Assembly (NCBI GenBank): GCA_945861645.1
Contig: CAMAVZ010000020.1
Span: 1 to 36,650, forward strand
Reading direction: 5' to 3'
Length of the DNA: 36,650 nt
Source: Opitutus sp. GAS368
Lineage (GTDB): Bacteria; Verrucomicrobiota; Verrucomicrobiia; Opitutales; Opitutaceae
In this document: positions 19,119 through 27,166 of the stretch, piece after piece
Position numbering within the stretch: position 1 is the stretch's first letter
Layout of the letters: the number at the start of each line of letters is the position of its first letter
Made by a program: the position numbers and the translations under genes
The notes under the pieces: model-generated
What the model saw: the letters and a program-made list of their open reading frames with translations, nothing else
What the model was told of the DNA's origin: nothing
Database searches by the model: none

Positions 19119-20495
19119 ATGCCCACTTTTGCCGCAGAAAAAATGGCGACTTGGACCGGTGGTCGCTGGCTGGGTTCACCCGCGAGCCCGCTCAGCGGCT
19201 TTACGGCCGATACGCGGACGCTGGTTGCAGGGCAGGCGTTTGTCGCCTTGAAAACAGCCCAGCGCGACGGACATGACTTTCTCGCGGCGGCGGCCGCCCG
19301 CGGTGCCGTAGCGGCCTTCGTTAGTCACGCGGTGTCCGGTAGTGGCTTAGCGCAATTAGTGGTGCCGGATCCATTGCGGGCGCTGCAACGCATCGCGCGG
19401 GAACATCGGCGAGAATTTAACGGTACGGTCATTGGAGTCACGGGCAGTGTGGGTAAGACTTCGACTAAAGATCTGCTGGGGATTTTACTGGGTGGGGCGA
19501 CTCACGTGCTGACCACCGAGGGGAATTTAAACAATCATCTCGGCGTGCCCTTGACGTTAACCAAGCTCGATACGACGCGGCAGGCATACGCGGTGCTTGA
19601 AGCGGGGATCAGTGGCCCAGGCGAAATGGCGCTATTGGCTGAAATGATCGAACCTGATCATAGTCTGCTCACGCTCGTGGCGCCGGCGCACTTGGCTGGG
19701 CTCGGTTCACTCGCCGGGGTGGCGCAGGAGAAGGCCTTATTATTGGCCGCCACGCGCGGGGGTGGGCTGAAAGTATTTCCGGCCAGCGCCGGTCAGTTTG
19801 AAGTTTTGCGCAGGTTAGTTAACGCCCTCGTGTTGGTGCCGGAAAATGAAAATTATTCCGCGGGGAGCGGCCGCAGCTTAAAATTTAAAGTAACCCAGTC
19901 GCCCAGCAAGACGGAGGTGACTTTGGGTGGTCAACGGCACTTTCGGTTGCCCCGAGTTTCTCGTGGGATGGCTGCAAACGCGGCACTCGCGCTGGCTTTA
20001 GCGGGCGAACTCGGAGTGACGGACAGCAACTTGCAGTGGCGGATCGCGAATTGGTTACCCTCAAAGTGGCGCGGAGAGTTGCAGCAGTTCGGTCGCGCCC
20101 AAGTATACTGTGATTTTTATAATGCAAATCCGGCCTCGATGCTGGATGCGCTTGAAGCGTTTCAAGGCAAGGTCGGGGCAAATCTCCCTCGCCTGTATGT
20201 GCTCGGGTGTATGGAGGAACTCGGGTCGGGGGCGGGCGAGTATCATCAGCAAGTCGGTCGGCAGATCCATTTACGGCCGGATGATTATTTATTTGTGATC
20301 GGTGGGTCGGCGGCGGCTTTACGGGAAGGTTTATTAGAAAATGGCAATGCGGCCGATCAGATTGCCGTGATTACTGATTTGCCGCCGGTGCGCGCGCGGC
20401 TGGCAGATTTTTCCGGAGCAGTTTTTTTGAAAGGCAGTCGTCGGTACCAACTGGAAACTGTATTGGCGGATACCGCGGTCAGCGCGACGCATTAA
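19119..20495 (+). CDS. murF: UDP-MurNAc-tripeptide:D-Ala-D-Ala ligase
   Basis: DGHDF, GVTGSVGKTSTKD, GNLNNHLGVPLTL, YNANPASM, LKGSR. Confidence 0.95.
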   Translation: MPTFAAEKMATWTGGRWLGSPASPLSGFTADTRTLVAGQAFVALKTAQRDGHDFLAAAAARGAVAAFVSHAVSGSGLAQLVVPDPLRALQRIAREHRREFNGTVIGVTGSVGKTSTKDLLGILLGGATHVLTTEGNLNNHLGVPLTLTKLDTTRQAYAVLEAGISGPGEMALLAEMIEPDHSLLTLVAPAHLAGLGSLAGVAQEKALLLAATRGGGLKVFPASAGQFEVLRRLVNALVLVPENENYSAGSGRSLKFKVTQSPSKTEVTLGGQRHFRLPRVSRGMAANAALALALAGELGVTDSNLQWRIANWLPSKWRGELQQFGRAQVYCDFYNANPASMLDALEAFQGKVGANLPRLYVLGCMEELGSGAGEYHQQVGRQIHLRPDDYLFVIGGSAAALREGLLENGNAADQIAVITDLPPVRARLADFSGAVFLKGSRRYQLETVLADTAVSATH

Positions 20496-20496
20496 A

Positions 20497-20625
20497 ATGG
20501 CATTTATTATCCAAAAATTAAAAATCGGTGAGGGCGAATGCCTAACGCCGCAGCGCGTGCGTAGCGGTGAACGTGCCGCGGGCGCTCGCGCAGGATTAAT
20601 CGTCACGGAGGAGTCGCATGCTTAG
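20497..20625 (+). CDS. Putative 42-aa peptide bridging murF and mraY
   Basis: ATG 1 nt after the murF stop: MAFIIQKLKIGEGECLTPQRVRSGERAAGARAGLIVTEESHA; its TAG overlaps the first codons of mraY (ATGCTTAG). Confidence 0.4.
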   Translation: MAFIIQKLKIGEGECLTPQRVRSGERAAGARAGLIVTEESHA

Positions 20626-21733
20626 TAAGCTATCAGCTTACGGCGATTGGTTCGGCCCGTTGCGATTGTTGCATTATAATAGTGTGCGGACCATTGGCGC
20701 GGCGATTACCGCACTCGTGATTGGTTTCATCATTGGCCCTTGGTTGATTCGCCGTTTTCGGGAATTGAAATTTGGCCACGGCTACATCGACGAGCGCACG
20801 GGCGCGTTAGGCGCCACGTATTTCGATAAATGCCACACGCCGACCATGGGCGGGTTAATTATATTTTTCTCGGTATTTTTCAGTAGTGTGCTCTGGGCAG
20901 AATCGAATATCTGGGTGTTCGTCGCCCTCTTAGTCTATACACTCCTCACCATTCCCGGTTGGCGAGATGACTACTTAAAGGTGGTGCACAAAAATAATGA
21001 CGGCCTTAAATCGTGGGAGAAGATCGCTTGGCAGTCCGCCACGACTGTTCTCGCGCTGGGGATTTTACTCTGGCACCCGCTCAGCGCCGGCAAGATTCGA
21101 GAACTGTGGGTGCCATTTGTAAAGACGGCCGTGATCCAATATATGCCGTGGTGGTTACTGCTCATGTTAATTTATCTGTGGATTGTTGGCTTCAGCAACG
21201 CGATCAACCTCACGGATGGTTTAGACGGACTCGCCGTCGGTTGCACCATCACGGTGGCCCTCGTTTTTGGCATGATGGCGTACGTGGCGGGGCGGGTTGA
21301 TTTCTCCGGGTATTTGTTAATTAGCCATGTGGCGGGCGCGGGGGAGTTGACGGTGGTTTGTGGCGCGCTCATTGGCGCCTGCATGGCATTTCTCTGGTAT
21401 AATTCTCATCCGGCGGAAGTTTTCATGGGCGATACGGGTTCGCTGGCTCTCGGTGGGCTGATTGGGGTGATGGCCTTCATGATTCATCAGCCAGTTACCC
21501 TCCTTTTGGTGGGGGGCGTATTCGTGCTCGAAGCCGTTTCAGTGATTTTGCAAGTAGGTTGGTTTAAGTTTACCAAGCGCCGCTCCGGCGTGGGCCAACG
21601 CCTCTTCTTGATGGCGCCCATTCATCATCATTTCCAAAAAAAGGGCTGGCCGGAAAGCAAGGTGGTCTTGCGTTTTTGGGTGCTCTCCCTCGGGTGTGCG
21701 CTGGCCGGTCTGGCCACGCTAAAACTTCGTTAA
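20618..21733 (+). CDS. mraY: Phospho-MurNAc-pentapeptide transferase
   Basis: TPTMGG, DDY, NAINLTDGLDGL, FMGDTGS, MAPIHHHF; SD GGAGG upstream. Confidence 0.97.
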   Translation: MLSKLSAYGDWFGPLRLLHYNSVRTIGAAITALVIGFIIGPWLIRRFRELKFGHGYIDERTGALGATYFDKCHTPTMGGLIIFFSVFFSSVLWAESNIWVFVALLVYTLLTIPGWRDDYLKVVHKNNDGLKSWEKIAWQSATTVLALGILLWHPLSAGKIRELWVPFVKTAVIQYMPWWLLLMLIYLWIVGFSNAINLTDGLDGLAVGCTITVALVFGMMAYVAGRVDFSGYLLISHVAGAGELTVVCGALIGACMAFLWYNSHPAEVFMGDTGSLALGGLIGVMAFMIHQPVTLLLVGGVFVLEAVSVILQVGWFKFTKRRSGVGQRLFLMAPIHHHFQKKGWPESKVVLRFWVLSLGCALAGLATLKLR

Positions 21734-21743
21734 CTAATCATTT

Positions 21744-21929
21744 ATGCCCATCGAATATAATTTTGAAAATACGCCTAATTTTCGGGTGCTGACTCGTTCG
21801 AGTTTGGTGCTGTTGCGCCAGCCCATCGTGCGATCCCTGGCTAAATTGCGGCGACTGCGTCTGGGGCAGGCCATTATTCCGGAAGGTCCGTTGTTGCGGA
21901 CCGCTAAATGTTTTAGGGGCGCCCGATAA
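21744..21929 (+). CDS. 61-aa basic hypothetical ORF at the usual murD position
   Basis: ATG 10 nt after the mraY stop; Arg/Leu-rich; no recognisable domain. Confidence 0.35.
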   Translation: MPIEYNFENTPNFRVLTRSSLVLLRQPIVRSLAKLRRLRLGQAIIPEGPLLRTAKCFRGAR

Positions 21930-22029
21930 CCCGCACTGCGGCCGCCGACGGCATTACCTTGTTCAAAAGCGCTGAATAACCTATATTTTTAGATAGCAAA
22001 ATAACCATCCTGCCTCACATATTCTACTT

Positions 22030-22890
22030 ATGAAAATCCTCCAAATCTTCGGAGCAGTTATCGCGGTGCACTTCCTCGCGTTCATCTTCATTTTTGCCAG
22101 TCCCGGTTGTCAGACTGGTCCGCGTAATATTCCAACGCCCGACGCCACCGCGCCGGTTGCCCACTCGGCCGCTCCGCCCGCTGAGCTCAGCGCGAACGGC
22201 GCGACGCCATTAATCTATCCCCCCGCGCTGAGTGCAGGTCATGCGACGCCGACCCGCCCAGGTTCACCGGCCGCCGCCGCCTTAGAGCCCGTTAAATCCT
22301 CAGCCGAGGTAGCGCCCGTTTCGACCTACACGGTGGGGAAGGGCGACAGCTTGTGGAGCATTGCGAAGAAAAATAATCTCACCGTCACCGAACTGGCCAA
22401 GGTCAATAATCTGAGCAGCGGTACGGCCCTCCAGCCTGGGAAGAAATTAATTGTTCCCGGTAAAGTTGGCGGCGCGCCAAAGGATCTCTCGACGGCGGCC
22501 GCTCCCGCAAAAATTGCCGCAGACAAGCCAGCGGCTGTGGTGCCGCGCGGAGATGCGGTGAAGCATACCGTGCAGCCCGGAGAAAGCCTCGGCGTCATCG
22601 CGCGCAAATATCAAGTATCTACCGGCGAACTCGCCGCCGCTAATAGCATCACTGATCCCTCTAAAGTTCGCGTAGGCCAACAGCTCGTTATTCCTGGCAT
22701 CAAGGCGGTCGGCGCGAAGAGCGCTGGCACCGCCGCCGCTACCCCCGTGCCCGCGCTCAACACGCCCCGGTTCGAACTGACCGTCCCAAGCCCTGGACAA
22801 GATCTTGATGCTGGCTTGAAGGGTGCGGGCACCGAGGTGCCAACGATCAAGGTGGCAACGCCTTCGGTTGAACAGCCGCCGAAGAAATAA
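22030..22890 (+). CDS. Membrane-anchored protein with two LysM peptidoglycan-binding domains
   Basis: N-terminal hydrophobic segment ending SPGC; LysM repeats YTVGKGDSLWSIAKK...LQPGKKLIVP and HTVQPGESLGVIARKY...VRVGQQLVIP; Pro/Ala-rich linkers. Confidence 0.9.
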   Translation: MKILQIFGAVIAVHFLAFIFIFASPGCQTGPRNIPTPDATAPVAHSAAPPAELSANGATPLIYPPALSAGHATPTRPGSPAAAALEPVKSSAEVAPVSTYTVGKGDSLWSIAKKNNLTVTELAKVNNLSSGTALQPGKKLIVPGKVGGAPKDLSTAAAPAKIAADKPAAVVPRGDAVKHTVQPGESLGVIARKYQVSTGELAAANSITDPSKVRVGQQLVIPGIKAVGAKSAGTAAATPVPALNTPRFELTVPSPGQDLDAGLKGAGTEVPTIKVATPSVEQPPKK

Positions 22891-22902
22891 GCCATTCTCC
22901 TG

Positions 22903-24060
22903 GTGAGTTCGCCGAGCGCTGTACCCCGCCGACCTCTTACGATCACCCCCGCGAGCGTCATCGTCGTCTGCGTCGTGGCGCTGGTGTCGATCGGTCTGGT
23001 CGTGCTGTTCAGTGCGAGCTCGCCGATTAAGGGCGGGCCTTACGCCTACCTGTATAAGCAATTTATTTTTCTCGCCGTGGCGATTGCGGCAGGGTGGGTC
23101 GTGGCGATTGTCGATCTCGAGCAATTGCGCAAATTTGCCTGGGTGGTGGGAGTTCTCGCGCTAGTCGCCTTGTTGTTCGTCTTGATTCCCGGCATCGGGA
23201 TTAAAGTAAATGGAGCCCGCCGCTGGATCGGCTTTGGGGGCGTGCGCTTGCAGGTCTCCGAATTTGCCAAGCTAGCGATGGTGTTTTCTCTCGCGCATTA
23301 CTTAGCGCTCAATCAGAGCAAACTCCATGATTTACTGCGGGGTTTTATTATCCCGCTCGGCTGGATTGGATTATTTTCTGGGTTAATTATTTTGGAACCA
23401 GATTTTGGCGCCGCTTTTCTGATCGGCACGATTGGGGTAGTACTCCTTTTTTTAGCGGGCGCCCGTTTGAAGTATTTGCTCCCCGCTATTGGCTCATTGT
23501 TGGTCCTCTTCGCGCTGCTGGTATTATTTAATCCGCTGCGGCTGCAGCGCGTGCTTTCCTTTCTTGATCCCGAGGCCAATCGGCAAGGGACCGGCTACCA
23601 ACCTTGGCAGGCCATGTTAGCGTTTGCGGCTGGCGGCGTGGATGGCGTCGGACTCGGCAATGGGCGCCAACAAAATGCATTTTTGCCCGAAGCGCATACC
23701 GATTATATTTTCGCGATTATGGGGGAGGAGATGGGGCTGATTTTCACCTTAATCGTCGTCATCCTTTTCGTCACGATTTTCGTCGCCGGTTTGCTGCATG
23801 TGCGGCGCGCGCCTAATCTTTTTCAGTTTCTCCTCGTGACGGGCGCTATTCTGCTGATTTGTCTGCAAGCCATCATCAATCTCGGCGTGGTCACCAGTCT
23901 GTTGCCTTCGAAGGGGATGGCGTTGCCGTTTATTAGCGCGGGAGGTTCTAATCTTCTGCTCATGGGTTTGCTGGTTGGCGTGATTATTAATTCCGCTCGC
24001 ACGTGGGAACGGCCGACGCCGCTGGTCCGCCGCCGCTCGCTGACGGAGGTCGTCGCATGA
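22903..24060 (+). CDS. ftsW: SEDS-family peptidoglycan glycosyltransferase
   Basis: NGARRWI, QVSEFAK, EPDFG, LPEAHTDYIF, EEMG, LPFISAGGS; GTG start. Confidence 0.95.
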   Translation: MSSPSAVPRRPLTITPASVIVVCVVALVSIGLVVLFSASSPIKGGPYAYLYKQFIFLAVAIAAGWVVAIVDLEQLRKFAWVVGVLALVALLFVLIPGIGIKVNGARRWIGFGGVRLQVSEFAKLAMVFSLAHYLALNQSKLHDLLRGFIIPLGWIGLFSGLIILEPDFGAAFLIGTIGVVLLFLAGARLKYLLPAIGSLLVLFALLVLFNPLRLQRVLSFLDPEANRQGTGYQPWQAMLAFAAGGVDGVGLGNGRQQNAFLPEAHTDYIFAIMGEEMGLIFTLIVVILFVTIFVAGLLHVRRAPNLFQFLLVTGAILLICLQAIINLGVVTSLLPSKGMALPFISAGGSNLLLMGLLVGVIINSARTWERPTPLVRRRSLTEVVA

Positions 24061-24061
24061 G
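24045..24061 (+). repeat. 17-bp direct repeat, copy 1 (SD plus stop/start junction, ftsW/murG)
   Basis: GGAGGTCGTCGCATGAG, identical to 25193-25209. Confidence 0.9.
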
Positions 24062-25208
24062 TGCCGTTGGCGTTTATGCGCGCCGCTTTGTCATCGCTTG
24101 TGGTGGCACAGGTGGGCACCTCACGCCGGGCATTGCCTTGGCGGCAGCGCTGCTGGCGCGGGGCCATGGTGTCACGCTTTTCATCAGTCAGAAAAAAGTA
24201 GATGCGCGCCTCGTGGCGCACTACGCGCAGCTGGCCGTCGAGCGGGTGCCAAGTGCTCCTTTCAGCTGGGGGCCGCGCGGGTTGCTGCGTTTTTATGCCG
24301 AACAGCTGAAGGGGTTATTATTTAGTCTGCGCTTCATTTGCGCCTATCAACCGGACGTTATTATTGGTTTTGGGGGCTTCACCAGTGCCGCCGTGGTGCT
24401 GGCCGGTTGGCTGCGGGGTATCCCCGTCGCTTTGCATGAAGCCAACCGTATTCCTGGTCGAGCGATCCGCCTCCTCGCTTGGGGGGCGCAACGGCTTTAT
24501 TTACCTCCGGGAGTGGCTTTGCCCGGTTGGCGGGGTCGGGGGGTGCGCTCCACTGGCTTGCCGGTGCGCGCAGATATTGTGCGGCAAGCCCCAGCGGTGG
24601 CACGCGCCCAGCTCGGTGTAGATCCTACCCAAAAATTGCTCGTGCTGCTCGGAGGAAGTCAGGGCTCCAGTAATCTTAATCAATGGGCCGAAGATAATTG
24701 GGCGGCACTGGCTTTGGCCGGCATCCAGTTGTACTGTGTCACGGGGTTGGGCAAGGGTCAGACGGGCGAGCGGTCGCAAGTGAACCATGACGGCGTCGTG
24801 GTTCGCGCATGGTTTGAGGCCTTTTCTGATCGGGTGGGCGTCTTGCTTTCCGCCGCTGATCTCGTGGTCAGTCGCGCGGGCGCGGGGACTTTAGCGGAAT
24901 TGGTGCGCTGCGTGACGCCAGCGATTTTACTGCCTTACCCCCAGGCGGCCGATAATCATCAGTGGGCGAATGCCACCTATTTTGTACAACAGGGCGGCGG
25001 GTTGGTCATGGCGGAGTCGGCGCTGCCGGCTTTGCGGGCGGAAGTGCTGCGCGTGCTGGCCGCTGACGCGTTGCTCCAGCAATTCCGCACGCAGCTCCTC
25101 CGCCAGGCGCAGGACGATGGTCTCGCCACCATGGTACCTGATCTGGAGCTGCTCGCCGGCGGTTCCCCCGCCGGGCGCTGGCGCAAATCTGAGGAGGTCG
25201 TCGCATGA
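24057..25208 (+). CDS. murG: Lipid II-forming GlcNAc transferase
   Basis: GGTGGH, GFGGF, HEAN, GGSQG, RAGAGTLAEL, HQWANA. Start at ATG 24057 (ATGA overlap, GGAGG SD). Confidence 0.96.
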   Translation: MSAVGVYARRFVIACGGTGGHLTPGIALAAALLARGHGVTLFISQKKVDARLVAHYAQLAVERVPSAPFSWGPRGLLRFYAEQLKGLLFSLRFICAYQPDVIIGFGGFTSAAVVLAGWLRGIPVALHEANRIPGRAIRLLAWGAQRLYLPPGVALPGWRGRGVRSTGLPVRADIVRQAPAVARAQLGVDPTQKLLVLLGGSQGSSNLNQWAEDNWAALALAGIQLYCVTGLGKGQTGERSQVNHDGVVVRAWFEAFSDRVGVLLSAADLVVSRAGAGTLAELVRCVTPAILLPYPQAADNHQWANATYFVQQGGGLVMAESALPALRAEVLRVLAADALLQQFRTQLLRQAQDDGLATMVPDLELLAGGSPAGRWRKSEEVVA

Positions 25209-25209
25209 G
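25193..25209 (+). repeat. 17-bp direct repeat, copy 2 (SD plus stop/start junction, murG/murB)
   Basis: GGAGGTCGTCGCATGAG, identical to 24045-24061. Confidence 0.9.
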
Positions 25210-26176
25210 CACGGCTAAAAGAAATACGCTGCGCCCCGCGCCAACTTGGGAGGATTTTTTGCGCGCGGTGCGCCGCGGTCTGCGTCCGGCGACCAAATTG
25301 CTGGAGTATGAACTGCTCGGCGCTAAGACTACGATGCGGGTGGGCGGCCCTGCGCGGGTTTATGCGGAGCCAGCGGACCTTGAGGATTTACGCCTCTTGT
25401 TGCGCCAAGCGAAGGGGTTGGGCTTGCCCGTTTTAATGCTGGGTCGCGGGTCGAATTTAATCATTCCTGATGCTGGAGTGGAGGGGGTGGTGATCAGTCT
25501 GGCGCATCCCGATTGGCAGAAATTTACGATTCAGCCCGATGGTCGGATCTGGGTTGGGGCGGGGTTACGTTTAAAAAATTTATGCGGTTTAGCAACGAAG
25601 GCGGGTTTAGCGGGCTTTGAATTTCTGGAAGGAATCCCCGGTTCGGTGGGGGGGGCCTTGCGCATGAATGCGGGGGCGATGGGCGGGTGGATGTTTGACG
25701 TCGTGGAGGAAGTCCAGTTGGTGACACCGCCGGGTGAACTCCAGGTGCTTAAAAAAGCGGCTTTGCACGTAGATTATCGGCATTGTGCCGAATTGCAGGA
25801 GGCCATTGCGCTCGGGGCTTACTTGCAGGCGCCCGCGGCCGCCGCCGCCACCACGATCCGAGGACAAATTGAGACCTATCAAAAAAAGCGGGTAGAGTCT
25901 CAGCCGCGGGAGCCCAGTGCGGGCTGTATTTTTAAAAATCCCTCAGAGGGGTCCGCGGGTCAGCTCATCGATGCCGTGGGGTTGAAAGGCGAGCGGGTGG
26001 GCGACGCCGAGGTTTCGGCGGTGCATGCCAACTTTATTATTAATCGCGGGTCTGCGACGAGTGCGGACATCATTGAACTGATCAAAATAATCCGGGCTCG
26101 GGTAAGCCGCGCGCGGGGGATCGAGCTTGAGCCGGAAGTAATGCTTTACGGCCAAGCTTGGCGAGATGTGCTCTGA
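25205..26176 (+). CDS. murB: UDP-N-acetylenolpyruvoylglucosamine reductase (stand-alone, no MurC part)
   Basis: TTMRVGGPA, GRGSNL, GIPGSVGGALRMNAGA, SAGCIFKNP, HANFIIN, LEPEV. Confidence 0.96.
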   Translation: MSTAKRNTLRPAPTWEDFLRAVRRGLRPATKLLEYELLGAKTTMRVGGPARVYAEPADLEDLRLLLRQAKGLGLPVLMLGRGSNLIIPDAGVEGVVISLAHPDWQKFTIQPDGRIWVGAGLRLKNLCGLATKAGLAGFEFLEGIPGSVGGALRMNAGAMGGWMFDVVEEVQLVTPPGELQVLKKAALHVDYRHCAELQEAIALGAYLQAPAAAAATTIRGQIETYQKKRVESQPREPSAGCIFKNPSEGSAGQLIDAVGLKGERVGDAEVSAVHANFIINRGSATSADIIELIKIIRARVSRARGIELEPEVMLYGQAWRDVL

Positions 26177-26233
26177 ACAGATCACGTCGCGCGGGAGGCT
26201 TGCACTCTCGCCATCAAACCGGAGGCTGACATA

Positions 26234-27166
26234 ATGTTTAAACCGATCATCGCAATTTTAGCCGGGGGCACTTCGCCCGAGCGGGAAGTTTCGCTCGGCT
26301 CCGGCCGTGCGGCGGCGTTGGCGATGGCCTATACTTATCCGACGCAATTTTTCTTGGTGGGAGCGGATGCTTTGCCGCTAGGGCTAGATCCGGCGCGCCA
26401 CATTGTTTGTTCGACCCTGCATGGAGTTTTTGGCGAGGACGGCGGCATGCAACGATTGCTCGAGGAGGCGGGAATGGCGTACGCGGGTTGTGATGCGCGC
26501 GGCAGTGAGCTGGCTTTTGATAAGTGGCGCACCCGGCAAGCGGTCTCCGCGCTGGGCGTATTAGTAGCCCCCGGGCGGCAATTTTTCGCCGCAGACAAGC
26601 CAACGGCGGCGGCGCTCTCGGCGGAGTTGGGTGAACAGGTGGTCCTCAAACCGAATCGACAGGGGAGCAGCGTGGGGTTGCAGATTGTGACTTCTAAGGT
26701 GGGGCTTGAGATCGCTTTAGCTGGGCTGCGGCAAGGCGAGTGGATTGCGGAGCGGCGTATTGTCGGGCGCGAATTTACCGTTGGGATTTTACGGGGCCGG
26801 GCGATGGGGGTAGTCGAAATCGTGCCGAAATCGGGCGTCTTTGACTACACCAGCAAATACACCAAGGGGCTGACGGAGTATTTTGCTCCGGCAAAAATTT
26901 CGGACGAGTTGGCCGCGAAAATCAGCGCAGCGGCCGAGACGGCTTTTGCGGCCTGCGGCGGCCGCGATTATGCGCGCATTGATTTTATGTTAGCGAATGA
27001 AGGGGATCTTTACCTGCTGGAAATTAACACGCTGCCGGGCATGAAGGACACGAGCCTGATGCCAATGAGCGCGCGTTGCGTGGGCTTGGATTTTATGGGA
27101 CTGTGTCGAGAACTAGTCGCCCCGGCGGTCGAACGCTTTCAACTCGCGCTAGTCGCTAAGCAATGA
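26234..27166 (+). CDS. ddl: D-alanine--D-alanine ligase
   Basis: GGTSPEREVSL, HGVFGEDG, GSSVG, DYTSKY, EINTLPG; GGAGG at 26221. Confidence 0.95.
   Translation: MFKPIIAILAGGTSPEREVSLGSGRAAALAMAYTYPTQFFLVGADALPLGLDPARHIVCSTLHGVFGEDGGMQRLLEEAGMAYAGCDARGSELAFDKWRTRQAVSALGVLVAPGRQFFAADKPTAAALSAELGEQVVLKPNRQGSSVGLQIVTSKVGLEIALAGLRQGEWIAERRIVGREFTVGILRGRAMGVVEIVPKSGVFDYTSKYTKGLTEYFAPAKISDELAAKISAAAETAFAACGGRDYARIDFMLANEGDLYLLEINTLPGMKDTSLMPMSARCVGLDFMGLCRELVAPAVERFQLALVAKQ

Noticed and set aside
22447-23124. 225-aa minus-strand ORF
   Set aside because: Antisense to the LysM gene and ftsW; shadow ORF.
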